Assembly (NCBI GenBank): GCA_903941105.1
Contig: CAJANL010000164.1
Location: forward strand, 24,408 to 88,407
DNA length: 64,000 nt
DNA from: an uncultured Rhodospirillaceae bacterium
Lineage (GTDB): Bacteria; Pseudomonadota; Alphaproteobacteria; Rhodospirillales; Magnetospirillaceae
Direction: 5' to 3'
Of the stretch, positions 27,985-36,679 are shown in pieces. The notes beneath the pieces were generated by a model. That model did not search any database and was not told where the DNA came from. It saw only the letters and a program-made list of their open reading frames with translations. Numbering within the stretch: the first letter of the stretch is position 1; each line of letters begins with the position of its first letter. The position numbers were made by a program, and so were the translations under genes.

Positions 27985-29441
27985 TGTTTGCCGCTCTCAT
28001 GCTGGTTGCCGGCTGTCAACAAGCAGACTTACCACCATGGATGGGGGGAGCCAAGCCCGCACCACAGACGCAGGTGCCGCCGCCGCGCGCCCCCGAGCTG
28101 CCGAAGAAGTCCACCCAGGCGCCACCGCAGCCGCCGCTTCCCCAGGTGCAGGCACCGCCCAAGGTCCAGAGCGAGGCGCTGCCGTCCCTCACCCAGCCGG
28201 CTCCTCCCGCCAGCGTTCCCGGGGGACTCCCCGGCGGCATTTCCCAGGCGCCGCAGATTGTCATGCCGCAGATCGTCGTGCCGCCCAAGGGGCTTGAGCA
28301 GGGCGAAGTGCGCGCCGCCTTGCTGCTGCCGTTGACCGGGCCCTATGCGGTGTTCGGCCAGACCCTGTCCAACGCCGCCCAATTGGCGCTGTTCGAGGTC
28401 GCCGACGGTCGTTTCAACCTGATCCCGCTCGATACCAAGGGAACCGCCGAGGGGGCCGCCGCCGCCGCCCGCATGGCGCTGGCCCAGGGTGCCGACGTCA
28501 TCCTCGGGCCGGTGTTCTCGCCCGAAGTCAAGGCAGTGGCGCCGCTGGCCCGCGAGCAGGCGGTGCCCATGCTGACCTTCACCACCGACCGCACCGCCGC
28601 CGGCCAGGGTGTCTACGCCATGGGGTTCCTGCCGGGGCCGCAGGTGGCCCGGGTGGTGGCCTATGCCCAGTCGCAGGGCAAGAGCCGCTTCGCCGTGCTG
28701 GCGCCCGCCACCGATTACGGCCGCGCCGTCGCCGAGGCGGCAAAGGTGGCGGTGGCGGTCGCCGGTGCGCAGATGGTGCGGGTCGAATTCTACGATCCGA
28801 CCGCCGCGGATCTCACCAAGGAGGTCAAGCGCTTCGCCGAATTCGACGCTCGCGCCCGCGCCCTGGCCCGTGAAAAGGCGGCGGTGGTGGCCCGCAACGA
28901 CGACGTCACCAAGTCGGTGATGAAGAAGCTCGACACCTTGCAGACCTTTGGCGAGACTCCTTTCGATGCCGTATTGATCCCCGACGACGGAGTGCGGTTG
29001 CGCAGCATCGCCTCGCTGCTAGCCTATTGGGATCTCGATGGCGACCAGGTGAGGCTGCTCGGCACCATGTTGTGGGACGACCCCAAGCTGGGGGTCGAGC
29101 CGGCGTTGATCGGCGGCTGGTACCCGGCGCCGGCGCCGTTATCGCATGCTGATTTCGAGCGGCGCTACGAAAAGGCGTTCGGTCCGGTGCCGCCGCGGGT
29201 CGGCAGCCTGGCCGGCATCGCCTACGACGCTACCGCCCTGGCCGGGGCGCTGGCCCGCCAGGGTCAGGGCGGCTATCCCGCTCAGGCCTTGCAGAACCCC
29301 AACGGCTTCGCCGGAGTGGACGGTATCTTCCGTCTCACCGCCGAGGGCATTGCCGAGCGCGGCCTGGCGGTGCGCGAGATCACCCGCAACGGATCCAGGG
29401 AAATCTCGCCGTCACCGGAGAGCTTTGTGGCGGCGCAGTAG
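27957..29441 (+). CDS. LpoA-like / type-1 periplasmic-binding-fold lipoprotein
   Basis: 494 aa with a TTG start and lipobox LMLVAGC. Pro-rich linker, then ALLLPLTGPYAVFGQTLSNAAQLAL..., typical of the Leu/Ile/Val-binding-protein fold. It is divergent from rsmI, like E. coli lpoA (yraM). Confidence 0.7.
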   Translation: MRRFAAALPLFAALMLVAGCQQADLPPWMGGAKPAPQTQVPPPRAPELPKKSTQAPPQPPLPQVQAPPKVQSEALPSLTQPAPPASVPGGLPGGISQAPQIVMPQIVVPPKGLEQGEVRAALLLPLTGPYAVFGQTLSNAAQLALFEVADGRFNLIPLDTKGTAEGAAAAARMALAQGADVILGPVFSPEVKAVAPLAREQAVPMLTFTTDRTAAGQGVYAMGFLPGPQVARVVAYAQSQGKSRFAVLAPATDYGRAVAEAAKVAVAVAGAQMVRVEFYDPTAADLTKEVKRFAEFDARARALAREKAAVVARNDDVTKSVMKKLDTLQTFGETPFDAVLIPDDGVRLRSIASLLAYWDLDGDQVRLLGTMLWDDPKLGVEPALIGGWYPAPAPLSHADFERRYEKAFGPVPPRVGSLAGIAYDATALAGALARQGQGGYPAQALQNPNGFAGVDGIFRLTAEGIAERGLAVREITRNGSREISPSPESFVAAQ

Positions 29442-29609
29442 CCGCGTCGAGGAGGATCGACCATGCTGAAGGGCTTGTCGCCCGAGGGGCTGGTGGCCGG
29501 TCTGGTCGAGTTGAAGGATTTCCGGCGACAATAAGTCTCTGCGGTTCCGACCCGATTGCCATTCGGCATGGCTTTTGTCAGGATGCACGAGGCATTTTCG
29601 AGGGACTCC

Positions 29610-30041
29610 ATGGAGGGCGACAACTATCTGTGGCGTATAGAGTGGCGCGACGAGTTTCTCGTCGGCGACCCCATCGTCGACGCTCAGCACCGGTCATTCT
29701 TCGAGGAGGTCGGGCAGCTTCGTATCGCCCTGCTGGCGGACGAGCCGCAGGCCAAGTTCCTTGAGTATTGTGATGCCTTCACCGATTCGGTGCGCACTCA
29801 CTTTGCCGAAGAAGAGCGGCTGATGGAGCGTATCGGCTTCCCGCGCCTGCGCGAGCACCGGTTCGAGCACGCCCTGTTGCTGACCCGGGTCGAAGAGGCT
29901 CGCCGCGAGATCGCCGGGGCGGCTTGCTTGCTCGACTGCATGATGGCAACCCGCAACCTGATGATCATGCTGGTGGAGCATCTATTGCACGAGGACATGC
30001 GCATCAAGGCCCACCTGCGTGGTCAGGCCGCCGCGCGATGA
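29610..30041 (+). CDS. bacteriohemerythrin-like protein
   Basis: ORF 29556..30041 trimmed to the ATG at 29610. W.DEFLVGDPIVDAQHRSFF..., HFAEEERLM and EH..EH...LVEHLLHED match hemerythrin His/Glu/Asp iron ligand spacing. Confidence 0.8.
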   Translation: MEGDNYLWRIEWRDEFLVGDPIVDAQHRSFFEEVGQLRIALLADEPQAKFLEYCDAFTDSVRTHFAEEERLMERIGFPRLREHRFEHALLLTRVEEARREIAGAACLLDCMMATRNLMIMLVEHLLHEDMRIKAHLRGQAAAR

Positions 30042-30646
30042 TCATCCGGATCAATGGCTGGTGCATCCTCGCGATCTTAGGGAGCCTGCTGGCGGCTCTG
30101 CCGGCCTGGGCGCAGAATGCGCCGCGTGACGAGGCCTCGCGGCTGGCGGTGGCGGTGCTGGGCCGGGTGTGCCTGCTGGGCGTCGGAGATCCCTTCGCCA
30201 CCCAGCAGATCGTGCGGCCGGGCGGTGAGTTCGGCTTCACCGAGGTGCCATCCGAAGTCGCAACATCACTGTTGCAGGGTCGCCGGGGTGTGGTGCGGGC
30301 CCTGCGGCACCCGGCCGGCAACACCCTGATGGTGGTGGTAGGCGACGATGGCATCTGTTCGGTGTGGTCGCAATTGGGCGACACCGAAGCGGTGCGGCGC
30401 TATCTCTCATCCATGGTCGAGGCGGGAGGCATGAAGGGCGGCGGTCAGTTGCTGCCCATGGGGGCGACGGCGGCCAGCGGTGCCGTGGTGTCGGAATGGT
30501 ATCTGCTGCCCGCCGGCTGGTATGCCCGCGACCTTGGCCGGCGCGCCGGTGACGACGGCAGCCGCCCGGTCCTGGTCACCGCCGCCATCTGGCCTTCCGG
30601 TGGACGGCCCTTCGAGGCGCTGTTGTCCACCGCTCGCGGGAAGTGA
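30038..30646 (+). CDS. secreted hypothetical protein
   Basis: Internal ATG of ORF 29924..30646 that overlaps the hemerythrin stop (ATGA). MIIRINGWCILAILGSLLAALPAWAQ is a signal peptide. No family recognised. Confidence 0.55.
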   Translation: MIIRINGWCILAILGSLLAALPAWAQNAPRDEASRLAVAVLGRVCLLGVGDPFATQQIVRPGGEFGFTEVPSEVATSLLQGRRGVVRALRHPAGNTLMVVVGDDGICSVWSQLGDTEAVRRYLSSMVEAGGMKGGGQLLPMGATAASGAVVSEWYLLPAGWYARDLGRRAGDDGSRPVLVTAAIWPSGGRPFEALLSTARGK

Positions 30647-30678
30647 TCCCGGCGAACACTTGGAATGACCGGTTCGCC

Positions 30679-31047
30679 TTACCCGGCGCAGTACTTGGCG
30701 ACCTCGTCGAGCAGGCGGCGGATGGAAATGGGCTTGGTGATCACCTGATCGAAGCCCTCGCGCAGGAATCCCGACACCGAATCGGGATCGGCGAAGGCGG
30801 TGACCGCCAGGACCGGCACCGATTTGGTGCGATCGTCGGCCTTGAGCTGCTTCAGCAGGTCGACGCCCGATTGCTTGGGGAGCTGGATGTCCATCAGGAT
30901 GACAGAAGCGCCCGATTCGGCGGTTAGTCCCACCAGGCCTTCGCCATCGGAGGACTTGACCGCCTGATAGCCGGCGATGGTCAACGCCTGCTCCAGCAGC
31001 TTCATGTTCATCGCGTTGTCTTCGACGACGACGACGGTGCCGGTCAT
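30679..31047 (-). CDS. single-domain CheY-like response regulator
   Basis: 122 aa. VVVVEDN...ILMDIQLP...VLAVTA...ITKP. ATGA overlap with the upstream GGDEF/EAL gene. Confidence 0.85.
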   Translation of the reverse strand: MTGTVVVVEDNAMNMKLLEQALTIAGYQAVKSSDGEGLVGLTAESGASVILMDIQLPKQSGVDLLKQLKADDRTKSVPVLAVTAFADPDSVSGFLREGFDQVITKPISIRRLLDEVAKYCAG

Positions 31048-34000
31048 GATGGAATCCCCTTCTGATGGCCTGAGCGGTGGGGCGCGGCCTGTCCGCGAGC
31101 CTTGTAGGTATTGGCGAATTCTTCGAACTCGGCCGCCGGAAGCGGCCGGCCGATCATGTAACCCTGGATCTCGTCGCAGCCGTGCTTGGACAGCAGGGAC
31201 GCCTGGGTCTCGGTCTCGACGCCTTCGGCGATGGTCTTGAGGCTGAGCGAATGGGCCAGCGAGATGATGGCGTTGGCGATCACCCGACCATCCTCGTCGT
31301 GGTCGAGGTCGCGCACGAAGGCGCGGTCGATCTTGACGGTGTTGACCGGGAACCGCTTGAGATAGGCCAGCGACGAATAGCCGGTGCCGAAGTCGTCGAT
31401 GGACAGCGACACCCCCAGGTCGGCCAGCGCCCGCAACAGCTTGAGGGTGCTCTCGCCGTCGGCCATCAGCATGCTCTCGGTCAATTCCAGATCGAGGCTG
31501 CTGGCGCGGATGCGCGACTCGGCGATGGCGTCGGCCACCGTGTCGGCCAGATCGGCTTCACGGAACTGCCGGCCAGAGATGTTGACTCCCAGGCGCAAGT
31601 TGTCGATGCCCTTGTCCTGCCATTTGCGCACCTGGCGGCAGGCCTCTTCCAGCACCCAGCGACCCATGGGCACGATCAGCCCGGTTTCCTCGGCCACTGG
31701 AATGAACTTGTCGGGGACGATGATGCCCAGCTCGGGGTGGCGCCAGCGGATCAGGGCCTCGGCCCCCACCAGGGCATAGTCCTTGAGGCGGACCTGCGGC
31801 TGGAAGAACAGCTCGAACTGGCCGGCGTTGAGCGCATCCTTCAGCGAGCGCTCCAGCGTCATGCGCTCGTTGACCGCGTAGGACATGGCGGCGTCGAAGA
31901 ACCCCAGCCGTTCGTCGACCTTCCGCTTGACCGAGTGCAGCGCCATCTCGGCGTTGCGCAGCAGCTCAAGCGCGTCGTCGCCGTCGCGCGGATAGACCGA
32001 GACGCCCATGTCGGCGGCAAGATTGAGTTCGTGCCCGCTGACGAGATAGGGACGATGCAGGACCTCGCGCACCGCCTCGACGGCCTGGGTGACCGCGCTT
32101 TGATCCTTGAGCTGCGGCAGCACGATGGCGAACTCGTCGGCGGCCAGCCGGGCGGCGGTGGCGGTGGACCCGCCGATCTGCGCCAGCCGGCGCGCCGTCT
32201 CGCGCAGCACCAGATTGCCGACGTCATGGCCCATGGAGTCGTTGACGGTGGTGAAGCCGTCCAGGTCGATGGTGGCCACCGCCACATGCACCCCGTTGGC
32301 CCGCGCCGTCGCCACCGCCTGACCCAGCCGGTCGGTCAGCAGCGAGCGGTTGGGCAGATCGGTCAGCGAGTCGTGGTTGGCGAGATAGGCGACACGCTGC
32401 GCCAGCTGTTTGTTCTCGGTGAGGTCGCGGATGGTGCCGGTGAACATGCGCCGCCGGTCGATGCGCAACTCGGAGACCGACAGGTGCACCGGGAACAGAC
32501 GGCCGTCCTTATGCTTGGCCATGACCTCGCGGCCGATCCCGATCAGGGCGCCGCCGCCGCCGTCCAGATAGCGCTTGAGGTAGCCGTTGTGGCGGCCGGC
32601 ATCGGGCTCGGGCATCAGCATCGAGACGTTGGTGCCGATAATCTCGGACAGCGAATAGCCGAAGATGCGCTCGACCGACAGGTTGGCATTGAGGATGATG
32701 CCGGTCTCGTCGATGGTGACGATGCCGTCGAGCACGGTGTCCATGATGGCGCGGATGCGGTGTTCGCGTGCCGCCACCGCCCGCATGGCGGCGGTGACCT
32801 CGGTGGTATCGCGCCCGACCACCAGGGTGGCGGTACTGCCGTCGCGGCGCAACGGCACCGCCGACAGCTCGACGTCACGAACCCGCCCGGCGAAGGTGGT
32901 GATCTTCAAGGGGACCGGGTGTTCCTCCTCGTAGATGGCCTCAAGCCCGACCTCGAGGATGGCGCGGTAGTCGGCATGGACGAACTCGGCGAAGCGGCGA
33001 CCCTCGCAGGCGGCGGCCGAGGGGGCGCGCAGCATGCCGACGCCGGCGGCGTTGATGCGCTCGACCACGCCCTCGACGCAGACGCAGATCAGGTCGGGCG
33101 ACAGCTCGACCAGGTCGCGATAGGAGGCCTGATCCTTGAGCAGCGCCGTTTCCAGCATGGACAGGTCGGTGATGCGGTCGATCAGCTTGAGGATGGCGCT
33201 GCCCGAGTTGTAGATGACGTCGGCGTACTCGCGATATTCCGCCGGATCCAGCGGCCCCAGCATCTGGTGGCCGATCATCTCGGCGAAGCCGATGACGTCG
33301 TTGAGCGGCGTGCGGATGTCGCGGCTCATGCGCGCCATGAACTCGGTCTTGGCGCGATTGGCGAGGTCGGCCTCCTCCTTGGCCTCGGCCAGCTTCTCGG
33401 CGGCGGCGCGCTCGGAGGTGATGTCGCGGCAGAACACCGCGCAGCAGTGTTCGCCGGGGCGCGCCCCCGCCACCGCCAGCAGGCGGTTGGCGAACCAGCG
33501 CAGGCCGTCGGTATCCTCGAATTCGACGGTGCTGCCGCTCTCCAGCGCCTGGTCCAGCGAGGCGCGGCGGTGCGACACCAGCCCGGCGCCCAGCAGGTCG
33601 AACATGCTGCGCCCGACCAGTTCCTCGGGGGTGCGGCCGAAATACTGCGCCGCCTGGGCGTTCATGGTGACGATGGTGCCGTCGGCATCGATCAGCAGTG
33701 CGTAGTCGTGGCTGGCGTCGAGCAGCGCCTGGGTGGTGCGGCGCTGCGCCTCCAGGGCCGACTGGGATTGCTGGCGCTCGATGGCATGGCGGATGACGCG
33801 CGGCAGCAGCGTCAGGCCGGCATCGGACTTGACCACATAGTCCTGGGCGCCGGCGCGAATGGCCTCCTGGGCGACGCGCTCGTCATCGAGGCTGGTCAGC
33901 ACCACCAGCGCCTTCTCGGGCGCCCGCGCCTTCAGCGCCACCACCGACTGGATGCCGGAAGCATCCGGCAGACCAAGGTCCACCAGCAGGCAGTCGTAAT

Positions 34001-34175
34001 CGTCGAACGGCGCCAGCGCCAGTGCGTCGGCCAATGTCGAGCGGCAATAGACCTTCCAAGGCACCATGGCCTCGGCGAGTTTGATCTCGATGAGCCGCTG
34101 GTCGCCCCGGTTGTCCTCAATTACGAGAAGTCTTATAGATAAGGATCCGGCGATCATCTTTGAAAGGTGCAACAT
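31044..34175 (-). CDS. multidomain c-di-GMP signalling protein: REC, PAS, degenerate DHp-like segment, two PAS domains, degenerate GGDEF, EAL
   Basis: 1043 aa. REC: LLVIEDN...LLVDLGLPD. H-box-like FMARMSRDIRTPLNDVIGFAEMI has Arg where the phospho-His should be (codon 33321-33323). GGDEF position reads AADEF (32130-32144). EAL domain is intact (GAEALIRW, DDFGTGYSSLAYL). Confidence 0.9.
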   Translation of the reverse strand: MLHLSKMIAGSLSIRLLVIEDNRGDQRLIEIKLAEAMVPWKVYCRSTLADALALAPFDDYDCLLVDLGLPDASGIQSVVALKARAPEKALVVLTSLDDERVAQEAIRAGAQDYVVKSDAGLTLLPRVIRHAIERQQSQSALEAQRRTTQALLDASHDYALLIDADGTIVTMNAQAAQYFGRTPEELVGRSMFDLLGAGLVSHRRASLDQALESGSTVEFEDTDGLRWFANRLLAVAGARPGEHCCAVFCRDITSERAAAEKLAEAKEEADLANRAKTEFMARMSRDIRTPLNDVIGFAEMIGHQMLGPLDPAEYREYADVIYNSGSAILKLIDRITDLSMLETALLKDQASYRDLVELSPDLICVCVEGVVERINAAGVGMLRAPSAAACEGRRFAEFVHADYRAILEVGLEAIYEEEHPVPLKITTFAGRVRDVELSAVPLRRDGSTATLVVGRDTTEVTAAMRAVAAREHRIRAIMDTVLDGIVTIDETGIILNANLSVERIFGYSLSEIIGTNVSMLMPEPDAGRHNGYLKRYLDGGGGALIGIGREVMAKHKDGRLFPVHLSVSELRIDRRRMFTGTIRDLTENKQLAQRVAYLANHDSLTDLPNRSLLTDRLGQAVATARANGVHVAVATIDLDGFTTVNDSMGHDVGNLVLRETARRLAQIGGSTATAARLAADEFAIVLPQLKDQSAVTQAVEAVREVLHRPYLVSGHELNLAADMGVSVYPRDGDDALELLRNAEMALHSVKRKVDERLGFFDAAMSYAVNERMTLERSLKDALNAGQFELFFQPQVRLKDYALVGAEALIRWRHPELGIIVPDKFIPVAEETGLIVPMGRWVLEEACRQVRKWQDKGIDNLRLGVNISGRQFREADLADTVADAIAESRIRASSLDLELTESMLMADGESTLKLLRALADLGVSLSIDDFGTGYSSLAYLKRFPVNTVKIDRAFVRDLDHDEDGRVIANAIISLAHSLSLKTIAEGVETETQASLLSKHGCDEIQGYMIGRPLPAAEFEEFANTYKARGQAAPHRSGHQKGIPS

Positions 34176-34242
34176 ATCGGCGGCATTGTAAACATTGCCC
34201 GAACGACGACTCGGTTTAATCGTACCGCTACGAAGGTATCGA

Positions 34243-35481
34243 TCAGATGAGAAGGCCGACGATGGCGCCCGTCATGCAACTGGCCAGCGTACCCGAAAGG
34301 ATAGATCTTGCGCCGAGGCCGACGATTTCGGCGCGGCGTTCGGGTGCCATCACCGACAGGCCGGCGATCAGGATTCCCAGCGAGCCCAGGTTGGCGAAAC
34401 CGCACAGGCCGTAGGTCATGATGATGCGTGAGCGTGGTGACAGGGCCTCGGGCGGCAGGCGGGCGAGGTCGAGATAGGCCAGCAGCTCGTTCAGGACCGT
34501 CTTGGTGCCCATCAAGGCCCCGGCGGTCATCATCTCGGCCGCCGGAATGCCCATCAGCCACACCACCGGCGCCATGGCCCAGCCCATAGCCCGCTGCAGG
34601 GTCAGCGGCTGGCCGCCCACCGCCGGCAGCGCCGTCAGCAGGCCGTTGGCGAGGTGGACCAGCGCCACCAGCACCACCAACAGGGCGACGATGCCCACCA
34701 ACAGCCGCACGCCGTCGATGGTACCCTTGACCACGGCGTCCATGGCCCCGTCATAGCCGTGCTCGGCGCCCAGGATGGCGGCGCCGGTGCGGCTGTCGTC
34801 GGGGATCATCATGCGGCCCACCATGATGGCGGCCGGCACCGAGATCAGCGAGGCGGTCAGCAGGTGGCCGATGGGATCGGGGATGACGCCGGCGAGGAAG
34901 GTGGCGTAGAGCACCATCACCGTGCCGGCGATGGTCGACATGCCGGCCGTCATCACCAGGAACAGCTCGCCGCGCGACAGCCGGGCCACATAGGGGCGGA
35001 TCAGCAGTGGCGCCTCGACCATGCCGATGAAGGCGGTGGCCGAGGCCGAGACGCCGACGGCGCCGCCGATGCGAAAGCCGCGCTCCAGCAGCCACGAGGC
35101 GCCGCGCACCACCAGGGGCAGGATGCGCCAGTGATAGAGCAAGGCCGACAGCGCGCTGATCAGCAGCACCATGGGCAGCGCCTGGAAGGCCAGCACGAAA
35201 CCGGCGGAGGGGTCGGAGGCCGTCCACGGCACCGGCCCGCCGCCGACATAGCCAAAGACGAACGAGGTGCCGGCCCGGCTGGCGCCGTGCAGCGCCTCGA
35301 CGGCGTCGTTGAGCCACAGGAAGACGGTCTTGGCGGCCGGCACCTTCAAGAGCAGCGCCGCCACCAGAATCTGGGCGCCGATGCCGACCACCGCTACGCG
35401 CCACGACACCCGCCGGCGATCCTCGGAGGCCAGCCAGGCCAGGGCGGTCAGACCCAGGATGCCGATGCAGGATTGCAGCAA
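34243..35481 (-). CDS. nupC: NupC/NupG family concentrative nucleoside transporter
   Basis: C-terminal 413 codons of the 803-aa ORF 34243..36654. Probable TTG start at 35481 (LLQSCIGILGLTALAWLASEDRRRVSWR). Multi-TM protein with GTSFVFGY, ...GFANLGSLGI. Confidence 0.85.
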   Translation of the reverse strand: MLQSCIGILGLTALAWLASEDRRRVSWRVAVVGIGAQILVAALLLKVPAAKTVFLWLNDAVEALHGASRAGTSFVFGYVGGGPVPWTASDPSAGFVLAFQALPMVLLISALSALLYHWRILPLVVRGASWLLERGFRIGGAVGVSASATAFIGMVEAPLLIRPYVARLSRGELFLVMTAGMSTIAGTVMVLYATFLAGVIPDPIGHLLTASLISVPAAIMVGRMMIPDDSRTGAAILGAEHGYDGAMDAVVKGTIDGVRLLVGIVALLVVLVALVHLANGLLTALPAVGGQPLTLQRAMGWAMAPVVWLMGIPAAEMMTAGALMGTKTVLNELLAYLDLARLPPEALSPRSRIIMTYGLCGFANLGSLGILIAGLSVMAPERRAEIVGLGARSILSGTLASCMTGAIVGLLI

Positions 35482-35483
35482 GA

Positions 35484-36587
35484 CTATGTCTGCGCCTGCT
35501 TGACCAGCCACTCGTTGACGGCGGGAACCATGGCCTTGCAGGTCAGGGCGAAGGACAGCATCAGCTTGTCCTTGTCGTGATTCATGTGCAGCAGGTTGTC
35601 GACCACCTTGCGCAGGATGTCCTTGGCGAAGCCGGGATGCGACATCACCGGGGCGGCGCGGTCGCCGAAGGCCGACTTCAGCGCGCTGACCAGCACCTCG
35701 GTCTTGTCGAGGTTGAGACGCTGGATTTCGGACAGGTTCTCGGCGGCGATATAGCAGAGCATGTCGCCGTAGATCTTCGCCGCCGCCTTGTCCATGCCGG
35801 CGACGACGTTGAAGAACGCCTTGTCGCGGGCGAAGAAGGTCCAGGCGTTGTCTCCCAGCAGCTTGCGGTAGAACTCGTACATGTCCCGGTTCCACACCGC
35901 GATGCCGCCGATGGCCTGTGGCCGCGTGGCCAGGATCGAGCCGAAGTCGCCGCCGGTGGAGGCCTTGGCCTTTTTCAGCGCCTGCGGATCGTAATGCGCC
36001 ACCGCCTCGATGTTCGCGGCGGTCTGCAATGCCACGATATCGTCGGCGATTTCCATGATCTGCTGATAGGTCAGCAGGCGGCGGTAGCAGTCGAGCAGCG
36101 GCAGCTGCCAACCGAACGCGATGTCGCGGGTCAGCTCGCGGACCTTGCGCTCCTCGACCGGATCGACCGCCTGACGCTCGACCTGCTCGGTCTTCTTGAC
36201 CAGACCGAGGAAGCTGGACTTGGTCACCGTCTCGGTGACCGTCTCCATGGGCTTGTCGGCCTCGAACAGCTTCTTGGCGCAGGTTCGCACCAGCAATTGC
36301 TGGATCTGGTTGAGGCTGACGCCGCACACCAGGGGCGCGTCGTCGTCGCGCACCGGACCGCCGGACTTGCCGACCACGATGCTGTCCACCATCTCGCGCT
36401 TGGCGATGAAGGTCTCGACGAAGGCGGTCAGGACCTGTGGATCGGCGATGAGATGCTGGTAAGCCACCCCGGACGAGACCGCTCCGGCCTCCTGGAAGAT
36501 GGCCAACACCTTCTTCAAGGCGTCGATGATCGCCTTTTTGGTGTCGTTGTCGATATCCACCGGCGGCGGCAGCGTTGGAACAGCCAT
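35484..36587 (-). CDS. hypothetical soluble protein, no recognisable domain
   Basis: ORF 35484..36617 trimmed to the ATG at 36587 (MAVPTLPPP). 367 aa with genome-typical codon usage, predicted helical. Its stop is 2 nt before the nupC start. Confidence 0.6.
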   Translation of the reverse strand: MAVPTLPPPVDIDNDTKKAIIDALKKVLAIFQEAGAVSSGVAYQHLIADPQVLTAFVETFIAKREMVDSIVVGKSGGPVRDDDAPLVCGVSLNQIQQLLVRTCAKKLFEADKPMETVTETVTKSSFLGLVKKTEQVERQAVDPVEERKVRELTRDIAFGWQLPLLDCYRRLLTYQQIMEIADDIVALQTAANIEAVAHYDPQALKKAKASTGGDFGSILATRPQAIGGIAVWNRDMYEFYRKLLGDNAWTFFARDKAFFNVVAGMDKAAAKIYGDMLCYIAAENLSEIQRLNLDKTEVLVSALKSAFGDRAAPVMSHPGFAKDILRKVVDNLLHMNHDKDKLMLSFALTCKAMVPAVNEWLVKQAQT

Positions 36588-36679
36588 GACCCCTGAACCC
36601 CAGTCCTCTTCGCGCACGAACTAAACGTTTACCCCGCCCGGGTGGGTTCGGCAAGCATTCCCGCCGAAAAGCCGGGGTA

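Noticed and set aside
31077-34142. 1021-aa plus-strand ORF opposite the GGDEF/EAL gene
   Set aside because: The same mirror-frame artefact. The minus-strand frame carries REC, PAS, GGDEF-like and EAL motifs.
35482-36654. N-terminal 390 codons of the 803-aa ORF 34243..36654, which would make NupC a giant fusion protein
   Set aside because: That portion is Arg/Gly/Pro-rich junk. It overlaps, in another frame, the well-behaved 35484..36587 gene. NupC homology begins only at about 35481, where a TTG start fits.
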